A stretch of 64,000 nucleotides of DNA, taken from assembly GCA_002633005.1 (NCBI GenBank), contig NMRA01000021.1:778706-842705 (forward strand), read 5' to 3'. The position numbers and the translations under genes were made by a program. This document shows positions 52,609-64,000 of the stretch, in pieces. Within the stretch, counting starts at the first letter, position 1. Every line of letters starts with the position of its first letter. A model generated the notes under the pieces. The model saw nothing but the letters and a program-made list of their open reading frames with translations. It was not told the DNA's origin and ran no database searches. The DNA comes from Phoronis australis (taxonomy: Eukaryota > Animalia > Phoronida).

Positions 52609-53654
52609 ATTTCATCGACGAAAACCCAACCAATTTCCAAAACACTGTCCTGGTGAAACACTGACTAAAGATTGTAAAGAAGTCACCCGGTGATTTCGCC
52701 ATTGAATGTGTGGATTTTGTGTGGACTGGTACAAGTATGTGGAGAGCAGAACGAAGTTAATCCTTGCCTTATGAATGAGAACGCCCTCTGCATATACTAT
52801 CTTGGCACGATAATGATATTCGACTCTGATCAGGAATAAAGTAATTGAACCCCTCCTATTGACATCAAGTAGCCAAAAGCACTTTGAAATTTGGGATCTA
52901 TTCGACTTTTTAAAAGCCCCACCGTTACTTTACCTACAGCAAACGTGTCAAATAAATATCTAAACCCAAGTAGTAGAGCTTCACAAGTCTTCTTACCAGA
53001 ATGTTCGAGTTGTCGCCGAAGTTTCACGGAAATTGACGGACCAGAAATGCTAGAATTTACCAAAACCAAAATCACCTAAACTCCTCAAATATCTTGCAAT
53101 TTGTTATCTGTGGTTGCTCTCAAAGACAATTAAGATATCTGTTATAATTTTACTCACCGAAATGAAGATGAACAATTTTATCTTGCCGGTATTGGTGTTT
53201 GGCAATCCTTCTCGGAATAGTTAATGTTTCTTTGTAGTCTATTACACAAGGGATATAATCAACTGCTTAGAAAATGATTCATTGTAATGCCTGATTCTCA
53301 AAGTATAGTTATAAGGACTAACTGCTTTCAGAAATATTGTAAAATGACGAAAAGTCGGTGATGTCTGCACCATGAAAAAGATACATGGAATATTTTTCGT
53401 ACATGCATGTCTATTGCTTTTAACGCTGCAATTGATCAAATCTCGCGAGAGCACAGCGGGAAACTCCACCTGCCCCGCCATTCCAATCATTTCACTATTC
53501 TTCAAGAAGAAGGCGGGGTGCTCTTGAGGGCTTACGAATTTTTAGTTAGCACCACATTCCAGATGAATAGATTTCACTTTTCATTCAATTGATTATGCAC
53601 TATCCTGGATGGACGAAGGCTTGTACATTTCAAAGTTTTGACAATTATTTGCAG

Positions 53655-53718
53655 AAACTACACGGGGAGGTCAGGCAAAAGAAGAGTTGCAAACCAGAGA
53701 TCTTTCCTCCTTTGATGG
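53655..53718 (+). CDS. CERK: Ceramide kinase-like exon
   Basis: TTGCAG|(E)TTRGGQAKEELQTRDLSSFDG|GTAAGT, phase 1 to phase 2. Confidence 0.85.
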
Positions 53719-54170
53719 GTAAGTGATTATTTGCAGTGTTCTCTAAAAGAATAAAATGGCTCTAGTCTAACAAGTATTTCTGTTCAGTGTGTAGAAGAAC
53801 AGCAAACCAGTATTGGTGTCTCATTTGCTGCCCGGTTTAACAGCAATAGATTATATAGCCCTTAACAAATCAAAAATGCATCTAAGTTGGTATTTTAGAT
53901 TTTATTTGAGGTTGTCGTCAGATATCGTTATCGTTGTTGTTGACATGAATCAAGAAACTTATTGTTTCTGAGTCCGCATCGTTATCTGTTTCGTTGTCAC
54001 GAGTTTGATGTAGAAATCCACAATCTTTGAGGCCTTCCCTTAACAATTCCCAAAAGATGCCCATTGTTCAAAAAGGGACCTGTTGTTAGGTGTGTTAATG
54101 CGTGTGTAAACACTCGCACCAGTAAATGGGGCTATATCAACCTCCTCCCAAAACGTATTTATTCTACCAG

Positions 54171-54225
54171 AATCGTTTGCGTCGGAGGTGACGGAACACT
54201 AAGTGAAGGAATTGATATTGCATGA
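54171..54225 (+). CDS. CERK: Ceramide kinase-like exon with the GGDG motif; appears truncated
   Basis: TACCAG|A ATC GTT TGC GTC GGA GGT GAC GGA: IVCVGGDGTLSE, then GIDIA* and repeat-like sequence. Phase 2 matches the previous exon. Confidence 0.8.
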
Positions 54226-54336
54226 ACTCTAACACCAATTCTAAGTCTTAACAGTCCCTTATCTCAGCACTAATCCTGACCGTTGCGTTAATCCCAGACC
54301 TAATCCTAAACGAGTTTTACAGCTATCTACGTTCAG

Positions 54337-55145
54337 TACCGTCAGAGGCCCTAAAGTCGTGAGTGCCCTAAAGTCGTGAACGATCTTATTTCCTCTTCTG
54401 CGCGGTCCTGCGACATCTGGCGTTGAAGATTCCAGCGTTCGTCTGCTTACGAACTTCAAACGAATACCGGGACGTGTTCGTATTCACAATATGATAACAA
54501 ACAGTGAGTGAGTGGCTTCTTTTTTCAAATGTATCTTAAAAACAGCATATTTCACTAATTCACTTTTTTGGGCATTTTTGGGATATATTTTCGAAAATAT
54601 TTATCGTTCAGATTTACTGTAACACGCGCTCCAGGGGTAGCTTGAACAATGCATCAAAATGTCCCAGGGTTGATCAAGTTTTGTAAGGCCAAAACAATAA
54701 AATACAGAGCGACAACTGATGCTGAGTTCTTAGCGTTTTACGTGAACAACCTCATTGAAAACGTCTGTGCACATCAAAGTTGGGTGCAAAACTTATAACA
54801 ATTTATTTCAATTGAAACTGAATTAAAAAACAATGCAATGCATTTTTATGTCATCTAGAGTAACTGTACGCTCTGTAGTTGACTTGTGAGGTCTTACTTC
54901 GTGTATTTCCGTCATACCGAAACGGTCACGACTTTAGGGCCTCATTCAAAATGGCCGCCGATATCAGCGACCGTTTCAAAACTCTGGTTACGAAGACAAA
55001 CAAGGATTAAGATTGTCAAAACACGTATATTTGTGAAGGCTGACATATGTCCATGACATCACATGAGCAGTTGCTAACGGACATTGGGTAGTATGACAAT
55101 CGGCACTTATTATGCTTATATTCACGACTTTATGTCACCGGTGTA
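54337..55145. mobile_element. TA-flanked non-autonomous DNA transposon with CCCTAAAGTCGTGA terminal/subterminal repeats
   Basis: CCCTAAAGTCGTGA occurs twice at about 54349-54379; inverted TCACGACTTTA occurs at about 54926 and 55122. Confidence 0.55.
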
Positions 55146-55423
55146 TATATTTATGTAGTACACAATTCTTCATTTACAAATGTGTTTGTTGAAAACGGGT
55201 ATAGCCTGAAGTAGTAATGTGTAGAAATCTTTAGATAGTGTTTACTTATAATCAAACTTAACAGTCCAATGAAAATTCTACGCACCATCCGAAAGGGTAT
55301 CCTTAATCCGAGCGCAAAGCGTTTGCCAAAAATCAAAGTTCGCAAAACCACTCTCAGCTAAGATTGTGGTGAGTGGTTTATTGTGAAGGTGGCGCTGTTT
55401 TCGCTAAAAGGGTTAAACATTAA

Positions 55424-56392
55424 AGTGTAAGCAACATGACTCTAGTACCTCAAAATAAATTTTATTATTACATCTTACTTGATTTCAGTGCCTTTAGTGC
55501 ACAGCTCATAAAGAAAGAATTAAAATTTGAAAAAAAATAATAATAATTATGTACAACGTCATGGCTTGAACCCAAATCGTTCGGCACACTGTTCGGATCA
55601 GCAACTAAGTGTATAGAGTGAAGTGAAAGTAAAACATATTTAGCGTCGAGAAGGTTCGTAGAGGGATGAAAAGATGTGTTTGCGGAGGCTGCAGCAACAG
55701 CAGTCAGACGGAGAACGTCTCGGTGTTCCGAAGGACACCAAAGTGGCGCAGTAGTGGCATCGCTTCGTGCGCCGAACGAGAGTGTGGGACCTCAGCGTGG
55801 ATCAAGCAACTCTGTCCGGGGCCACTCTGTGTTCTGCCCACTTTGAGGAGTCGTGTTTCGACTCCAATCAGAGGATATGTTACGATGAAGGCCTGGTTCA
55901 ATAAAGGACAATATTTACTATTCAGAAACATCGGCTCTTTATTCAGGATCGTCTGTTGGATGACTGGGTTGACTGGCCAAGCCCGAGGCCGCTTCTCTCG
56001 CGGGAGGAGCCAGTTCGTAAGGCCTCAAAGTAGAAAAGTACGCAGCTGAAAACATGTCAAACTCGTTCTCGCTTTCGTGCAACCCCATTTCGTCATCCTG
56101 GCCACCATTCTCGTACGTTTCTTCATAGTATTTGTTCATTTCTTGCTCATAATCGTTGTCGCTTTCAAATTCCCTACTTTCCGCCGTTGTTTTTGCTAGT
56201 CACTCATTTCTTTTGTGTTCAACCCATGATATCACACGGCGGGAAATGTGAAAACTGGCAAAATTGAAAGAGAAATCAAAATTTCGAGCTAATGACACAA
56301 AATAGTCACAGATTTGGCTAAATTTTACGTCATACATTTAATCTGTGGCCACCAGTAATTCGAAATGTGCAAAAATCCATGGTGTGTACTGT
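55424..56392. mobile_element. Kolobok-like internally deleted transposon: THAP relic (+) convergent with an acidic ORF relic (-), TTAA-flanked
   Basis: TTAA at 55420-23 and 56393-96 with weak TIRs. + strand: MKRCVCGGCSNS..F/PKD..W.RFVRRTR..LCSAHFEESCF. - strand: acidic ..ESENEFDMF..LRPYELAP. Confidence 0.6.
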
Positions 56393-57259
56393 TTAATTTC
56401 CGACTGTAACTGACATAAACGCGGTAGCAATGCACGTGCCAACTGAACCACGACGTGGAAACCAACTCTTACCACGCGTGAACACCCTTACCACACCCCG
56501 CAAAGGCTCTTGCCACCCACAAAGATATATCCAGGGAGCCAAAACTCCATCCACACTCAAACAATAAATCTGCCTCCCGTTCAGTAATGCTAGGACCTCG
56601 CTAAAAAGCAAGACTTCGCGAGATTACGAGAGATGTTGCCGTGTAATTTGAATGGTAACACGTGACGTTGGCTATATATTACCTAGGTCCTAGCGTAGGC
56701 CCTAGCGTTACTGAACGCACGCCAGGACACAAACAATGTTTAGTTAGACGTGACCTAAAAGTCATATTGACCTTGTCGTGCGTTTAGTAGCGCTAGGACC
56801 TACGCAAGGACCTAGCTAAAATTTAGCCAAAGTCACCTGAGACCTGACATTATTTAAAATACACGGCAACATCTCACGTAATCTTGATTTTTAGCGATGT
56901 CCTAGCGTTACTGAACGAGAGGCTGGTTTGCATATTCTGGACTCTTGAATTGTAAATTGTCTGCGGTGAGAGTTCAAGATCCTTGGTAAGGTCTTAAGAG
57001 CGCGGTGAGAATTTATGTTTTGTGAATTACGAATTAGTATTCGTCTCTAGTGAATGCAGTCATCCACAAGGCACGGTGATGAATTGTTTGCAATCGAAAT
57101 TCTACATAAGAACTTCCTGGCACAGACGTGGTGATCGAACTTTGAGAAAGTGAGCCCACTCGTGTTAGCTAAGCTGAACAAGTGTTGGCTTATGCGTTGT
57201 AATTTCCTAAAATAGCCCTCAGCACAGGTGTCCGCAACATTATTTCACATGCATTTCAG

Positions 57260-57409
57260 GTGACGAGATCGCCGTCGACGTGACATCAATTCACCATCAC
57301 CACAAATTTCTCCGTTTTACGTTGATTCTCGTGAGCTACGGGGTCACTGGCGATATGTTGTATTACACTGAATTAAAATTACGATGGATGGGAAGCTGGA
57401 GGTATGGAC
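57260..57409 (+). CDS. CERK: Ceramide kinase-like exon
   Basis: TTTCAG|(G)DEIAVDVTSIHHHHKFLRFTLILVSYGVTGDMLYYTELKLRWMGSWRYG C|GTAACT; aligns by eye to CERK GD..MDV..H...RY....GYGF.GD...SE..RW.G..RY. Confidence 0.85.
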
Positions 57410-57545
57410 GTAACTGATGTACGACCCTTACCCAGTTAGTTGCCTTTCATTCACTTTCAAAGTCTTCGTGAAAAGTTTCGGGGTGCAAAGCGCCATCTAT
57501 CTATTGTTTTCTTGAAACGCGAAATAATTGGTAAGTCGCCCCGGT

Positions 57546-58063
57546 CTACATGTATGCACAACTACGTTGTGCGAGTTGGGAGTCTGAAGTTTTTATCGTT
57601 GTACACATTATGACTATCTGCACCCAGTCTGGGAGATAATATCGTTTTTCGTTGTTACAGCAGTGCCGCGTGGAACATGTAGCGAAGCATGTCACCGTTT
57701 CAGGTACATGTAATAGTAGGCAAGTATCAATGGGGCTATTCGGAAAATCTACAATAACTAGAGGGCGTGCGTGTACTAGTGGTGATAGATTAACAGCCTC
57801 GATTTCGCGAGCCCTTTAAATACATGGTGAAATGGCTTGCAGCCGTGCCAACTGAATCTGAGATTGCGTAAAAAGGNCTACATGTATGCACAACTACGTT
57901 GTGCGAGTTGGGAGTCTAAAGTTTTTATCGTTGTACACATTATGACTATCTGCACCCAGTCTGGGAGATAATATCGTTTTTCGTTGTTACAGCAGTGCCG
58001 CTTGGAACATGTAGCGAAGCATGTCACCGTTTCAGGTACATGTAATAGTAGGCAAGTATCAAT
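57546..58063. repeat. 186-bp direct duplication (57546-57731 and 57878-58063), with a single N at 57877 just before the second copy
   Basis: The copies differ at 2 positions. Confidence 0.9.
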
Positions 58064-58096
58064 TGACATATAATACGACAATGGATATCATTTTAG

Positions 58097-58264
58097 TGCT
58101 TCGGTCACTTTTCACCTTTCGGAAGTTTGAGGCACAGCTGGAATATCTTCCTGCGACCAATTATTTAGCCGATGATGACATGCGCAGTGGGAAAAAGGAA
58201 GTTGGATACAAACCCTATCCCCATCTGTTACCTGGTGATAAGCATGACGTAGACGAAAACACAG
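58097..58264 (+). CDS. CERK: Ceramide kinase-like exon
   Basis: TTTTAG|(L)LRSLFTFRKFEAQLEYLPATNYLADDD..DENT G|GTAACG; compare CERK LKTFL..HCYEGTVSFLPA. Confidence 0.75.
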
Positions 58265-59782
58265 GTAACGTAGCCTCAATGCTTTACAAACTTTCCGAGA
58301 TTTTTTGCAAAAAACAAATTGTTGCAATCCTCAAATTATGAAACATGTGCAGATCTTCAAAGGTTAACAGACGCCGTTCCGACCACAGCGGTTTTTGTAA
58401 AGTCGCACAAACTGTCGCAAGCCTGAAGTTGCAAGGATTTGTGTTGACCTTCGAAGAGTAGATTTTAATATAATCAGTAACCAATTCTGTGAAAAGAAGG
58501 TTTGTACTACCTTCGATGATGTGGAGTCCTGCTTACCGCAAAAATAACCGACGACTGTTTACAAATTACGATTAAATGCGTTGTGTTAGACAGACAACCC
58601 GGCATAAGCAGAGTAATCTCGAGCAATAATAGCTGGATCATGCACAGGGTGAAAAACAGCAGCAGCGTTTAAATTGGAACTTTATATTTACATCAGACAT
58701 CAGTATAAGTCTAGAAGAAGAAGAAGTTCAATCTGAAAACAAACCAATAATCACCATAAATACAAGAAATAATAATCTCTTCATGACACAGTAAATAAAC
58801 CAAAGTAACTGAGTAAGTAATATCCAAAACCTGTCATGAAAACCCTAAGTACAATTTAAACTCAGATATCAAAGCCACAAACCCGCGAATCAAAAACTGG
58901 ATGTAAATAAACAATCCACCGCGCCACACGGTGAACGGAATTAAACATACTGTTAAGAGAGCCAACTGGCGGAAGAAATCTAAACCACAGCTCTGAAAAC
59001 ACGTGTCTCTGAAACGAGAACCTTCACTGCAAAAGAATTACCCCTTTTTCAAATATAAGAAAAGTGAGAAATTACAATATTACCTATACTGCGAATATAA
59101 CTGATAAGCCAACAAAAAACTTACTTTCTTGAACGATGTGACAGATATTTCAACTGAAAACTGACAGGTAACTAAAACAAATCCATCAAGTGAAAAAAGG
59201 ACCGGGTAGCTGTAAATTTCGTCCTGGCTAAGACATGGGTTATACTAAAACTGTAAATGTGGCGTAGCCAAGCTTAATCATAAAATAAAAAACAGAGGGC
59301 AGAAATAATAAACTTGAAATAATACAAACTCTCAACGAAACAATAGCCAAATGTCCTGTTGCAGCAGACCGCCAATCTACTTAGGTGCGGGAAAGACCTC
59401 CTCATGCCTGTCAAATGCAAGATGCGACGCACATGCTCACTTCGATAATAAGAGCACTGCGTCACAACTGCGCAAACAACCGCAACACGCAAAGCACTTT
59501 GCAACGCTTTGTACAGGTTTTCTACTTTCAGAAACTGCTGTATTTTTCGTTGAGACAATGCATGATTACTGAGTCGCACAAACGCTCGCAATCCTTCTAT
59601 TTCGACAAACTGTACAGTCAGACATTCAAGGAATAATCTTATTTTTTCATGGTGCCTGAAATATCCAGTTAGACTACAAACTTAGCGGAATTAGTGCAAC
59701 CCCATCACCCAATTGTGTCAACGCATGGACAGACAGACGAACGGACACGCAGACAGGCGGCCAAAGTGTCACGTTTTCCCCT

Positions 59783-60308
59783 GTGTGTGGTTGGGAACAG
59801 GTTGCTCCCGTCCTAGTGCTAATAGCTCTCGGTGCGACGATAGACTGAAGACTGGTTCGAGTTGATCGCTTTCTTATTTTGGACCGTACGTTCACAAGTC
59901 TACTCAAACAAAACATCCTACGTAATGTCTGTTCTATGCTCCAGCCGGTGATGCGAAACCTTGAGTGTGATAAGCTTCCAGCAACTGTTACACTCGTTAA
60001 CCTGCTGTCTCTATAGCTGGCTCTCAAGTGACTAACGTTGTGACTGCTGATTTACTTCACTGCAACACAACCATATCTTCAACTGACTTTAACTGAGCTT
60101 CATACCCAACTGAACCCAGCTAACTCGTGCCAGGGTATTTACATGTATAGTCTCTTACAATGCTGTGGAACTTTCCACAAATTTCAGCAAATTCTAAAAC
60201 GTTCAGGAATCTGCATAATCATTCTACAAACATATACTAAGCTCTAGAATATTCTGAACTTCACTAAACACCAAACACACTAGAATTGTCTATAATGATC
60301 CCTACTAC
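59783..60308 (-). mobile_element. Possible solo LTR
   Basis: TG start on +; minus-strand start resembling TGTAGTAGGGA; several TAGAATATTC-like motifs. No internal domains or TSD seen. Confidence 0.25.
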
Positions 60309-60465
60309 CAGAGACCGTAGAGAGGGAGACAAATCTCCAAGCAAAATCCCTTTAGACGGCCACTGGCGGCCATTGTTGTTTCATGGACCGTAGAGACGTC
60401 TAGCGGGCGTTTGTGCAATATTATGGCAAGATATGACGGCTCCGGTCTGCATGTAAAAAAGCAAT

Positions 60466-60560
60466 AATGGTTTTCGGACTGCCTACGGCTGCAGCAGCAG
60501 TTAATTGAAAATTCGTGACTTATGCTTGTTTACTTCCCTACTGATGAGGATAGATGATAC
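60466..60560 (+). pseudogene. Highly decayed THAP N-terminal relic
   Basis: AYGCSSS*..LCLF/FPTDEDR across a frameshift. Confidence 0.35.
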
Positions 60561-62062
60561 TCACGATTGAAACAAATGATGTTTTTGCGTGAAACTGTTG
60601 CCAGTTAGCCAGTGATGGACTGGGTGATTTGAACTTCATGTCTTTACTGTTCCCTGCATTTGATCGCTTTCTTTCGTTTCTTTCTGTACTCTTAATACAT
60701 TCATATCTAAAAGATAATTATATTTACTATTACTATTCATTTACTTATTTTATTATTGTTATATTATCATATATTTGTTTTGATCTACTCTTTTTATTTA
60801 TTTGTTATTATTTATTTAGTGTTTTTATGTATTTGCAATTTCTTAATTAAATTATTTCTTGTAATCTCATACAGTCAACATCCCGGCTGTCGTTGGTCAA
60901 TAATCTAGTATATCATCATGGTATGGACTTCAGTGCATAATAAATATTAATTTTATGGTTTGGTAACCTGCTTGATAATTTGCCATTATGAAGTGTTGAA
61001 GCCAGTGTTCTTTTTAAGGTATATTGAGCCCTACATCGGTGGGTTCTTCGGTAGTATGCGTATTACCTTGGAAACCCCGTTTCACTCAGTGACGATGTCG
61101 TTTGTTTAGATTTTTGTTCTGACACGGGTCTTAAAACATCAAGTCAGGAAATAAGGCGTCCTTGTGTCATTTACTTTAATGCTATCTGCTAGTACACAAA
61201 CAGAACAATAAAATATAACCTACTGAGACCAGCAAAAGTGATACTAACATTCAAACACCCGAACACGTGCTGCCAGGCAGATATTCTGGCAGACAAATAC
61301 GTGCCCAATATCACTGTAAAACATATTTAATTTGAAAAGTGCCTTCGTCGCATTAATGCTCTAGGTATTTTGTGGACTGACTGAAGCAGCTTTTGTAATA
61401 AACAGTGTGCAAAACAACTGCAACGATAACAGCGATGTTTGCCTTTGTATCCGAATTTTGTGCTTTCTGCTGACAAATTTTATCATATCCGAGTCTGTTT
61501 TTGGAGTGTGCCAATCCGTTCACTCCTACCGCGCTAAAGACGATTAAGAAAATAACGGTAGATGTGTTTCTACTGGGACGGTAAGACGGGGCTGGTTTTC
61601 GAAAGTATCCGACCACTATGGTGACCCTACTGCCAGTCAAGTTTAGCCAATAAAGCAGAGGGCTGAAATTCAAACCAATCTGAATGTTTTGCATGTAACG
61701 CATGGACAGCAAACATGGCCTTTGATCCAGAAAACGCGTGTCAACTTTGTGCTGTTACATAATGAATTAATAGTTAATTAATTAATTTCCATTGATACAT
61801 AAACACATATAATATCTACCTCTTAAACAAAACCTGTCACACAGTCTACTCTAAAGAATGCATTTAGAAATACCTGTTTAATAAGAGCAACGCTGGAGCG
61901 TTGACATGCCCCCACGGCACATGGTTCACGATATGTTTCTAGGGGCTGCTAAATGGTTTTACAGTACTCAAGCCAACTTGTAAATCCAACAGTACTGGCG
62001 CCTTTCATCATATACCGCCGAATCACGTTCCATTGCAATCCGTCGGTTAATTTTCTCTAAAA

Positions 62063-62646
62063 TGGCCAGTGGGAGGTGTTGCAATCATTGAATCCGTCTG
62101 AAAATGTTCCAACACATTGACATCACATACCTTTGTGTCAACTTTCTGTAAATCCGTCAGTGGGTTTTTTAAATACAGTGTATCAGACGGAAACCATCTT
62201 CTCCAGAAAGGCCACTTCGAGGCGCTACAATAATCAAATCCAATCTAAAATCAATTGCTGCCGACGCATTTATCAGCTAACTCGTTCCATAGATATTATC
62301 CGGAATAGCTATCCTACCAAACAACAGTTAGAAAGTCCCTTGTCGAGAACAAAATGTCCACTAGGAGGTGCTGTAGTGGTCAGTCGGTTCTTTCCTGAAA
62401 ATCTACTGATGCAGATGACACCAAATACCTCTGTCTCAAGTTTCATTAAAATCTGTCCATCCGCTCTTTACGCATCATCCGCACACACTTTTATCCGAAA
62501 TGGCCACTAGCAGGTGCTCAGTAGTGTTCGCATCAACGGGAAAATGAAGAGGTGCCGGCGCATCGATATTATAAAACTTACTTTAAACGCTATATGTTAC
62601 TGTGCTCAGCCGTCATCTTCAGTTAGTGTCTTACTGCCCTTAAAGT
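62063..62646. repeat. Degenerate 146-bp tandem array (4 units), each starting with a CTCF-like motif; probably within a Helitron/Helentron-like non-autonomous element (about 61880-62920)
   Basis: Motifs start at 62063, 62209, 62355 and 62501. Units 1 and 3 also share TGACA.CA.ATACCT.TGT.TCAA.TTTC. Confidence 0.75.
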
Positions 62647-64000
62647 TCTTCTCTCACGCGTTGTTAACCCTTATTACATGGTTAGAGGATGTTATAAGGA
62701 TCCAAAAAGTAGTTACCTCATAACTAATACAAGATCCGTACTCGAAAAAAGTTTAAATGAACGCGCCACTCACGATTCGCACCCGAAGAAACACCGCCAT
62801 TTTGAACTTGCCGCGAACCCGGAAGTACAATTCATTCAGGAACCCATGCCGAGAAAACGCCGTCAGTGTGACTGGAGCAGTGCCTGTACTGTTACCAGCC
62901 AGCAAACGGGGATAACATAATCGACAGCGCGACAATTTTATTGAATTTGAAGAAGAAATGTGGCGAAAAAATTTTGACAGAAATTATTTTGCCAGACTCG
63001 GGACCGCAGGCTATCGGACCTGGTGCGGATCGAGACCAGATACTGGCGAACGGTAAATGCTTGCGGTTGCAAGCTGTTTTGTCGAAGTAAAATGGTCAAA
63101 TCATAAATGCTGCATATATTCACGGGTAGTTTCAGACACTTGCATGAAATTACGGGCTGGTTAGTCCTGTGTCACAATGCCGCGGCAGACCTTAGTTAGC
63201 CTCAGTCACCAGCTACCAGTGAAGACCATCGTACAGCTTGTTAGTAGGCCTATACAGCTTTGCGCCAAGGCTACCCTTAGGCCTAACTGGTCGCTGGCCA
63301 CAGCGCTCCCTCAAACGAGGTTTATTTAGAACTTGGGTACTTCTGGCGAACTGTGCAAAGTTGTTGGCTTTCAATAGAGATTTTCCCAGACTTTGTATGA
63401 GTGCACCAAGCCTAAAAGAATGGGGGGGGGCTGGAATTTTTGGAAATGTCTATCTTTTACTATAAGATTCAGTGGGTATGTTCAGAGATATGAATTGGAG
63501 ACTCTAAAATTTGGTACTTCCTGTCTTCTAGTAGAATACTGTCTCATTTTCTACTTTTTTCGGAATTCGTGCTTCTGTGACTGAGGCAGACCTTTTTCCA
63601 GTTCTCCAAAAGGGGTCTCGTTCGAGCACATAAGTATGACAAGTCCAATACAACATGTTATCATTTTTTATTCATTAACCCAAAATGATTCAAACTTTTA
63701 ACATAATAAGTAACTTAAAATGCACAATACTTTACAACATTTAGCATTACAAACACTATTCAACAGCAACAGTTTCCATGATATGAAAGTGGACATACAT
63801 GTAACTATTTCCATGGTGACGGAATAGTGTTTCCTTACACCAGAATTTGACAAGCATCATTTAAAAAATATGAAGTTGCAAGGAACAAGAATTAGAGGCT
63901 TGAAGCTTCACAATCCAACATAGCTTATTTCTCAAATTAAGATTATTCATATTGATGACTTGATAACCTGAATTAAGAAGCAATAAGTTACAAAACATGA

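Noticed and set aside
55555-55620. tRNA or SINE (B-box-like GGTTCAAGCC on the minus strand)
   Set aside because: No cloverleaf or A-box could be built.
57051-57075. Possible missing CERK micro-exon (NAVIHKA)
   Set aside because: Its donor phase does not match the 57260 exon and the upstream frame contains stops.
62063-62646. CRISPR-like repeat-spacer reading of the 146-bp array
   Set aside because: The spacers are homologous to each other, so it is a degenerate tandem repeat.

Overview
AT-rich, repeat-dense animal genomic DNA, most likely a marine invertebrate; the species cannot be determined from sequence alone. There are spliceosomal GT-AG introns and one large assembly gap (24370-24938). 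Host genes: (i) two minus-strand paralogs of a secreted IGFBP-N-domain protein with a conserved TATA promoter (1565-1758; and 28822-29024 spliced to 25020-25193); (ii) a multi-exon ceramide kinase (CERK)-like gene on + (about 48324-58264) whose GGDG exon runs into a stop and repeats; (iii) an intronless Caspr/neurexin-IV-type fibrinogen-like-domain pseudogene (6256-7290). The rest is mostly transposon debris: LINE remnants, a Sola3-type transposase, Kolobok- and Ginger-like pieces, about seven THAP-domain relics and several MITE families, one with 5-bp TSDs. The most unusual item is an intact, intronless, stand-alone PHD-finger ORF (13551-13868, minus). It is followed directly by two tandem histone-mRNA-type 3' stem-loops and an HDE-like purine tract, so a non-histone gene may be using the replication-dependent histone 3'-end pathway. 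All family assignments come from manual translation and motif recognition, not database searches.
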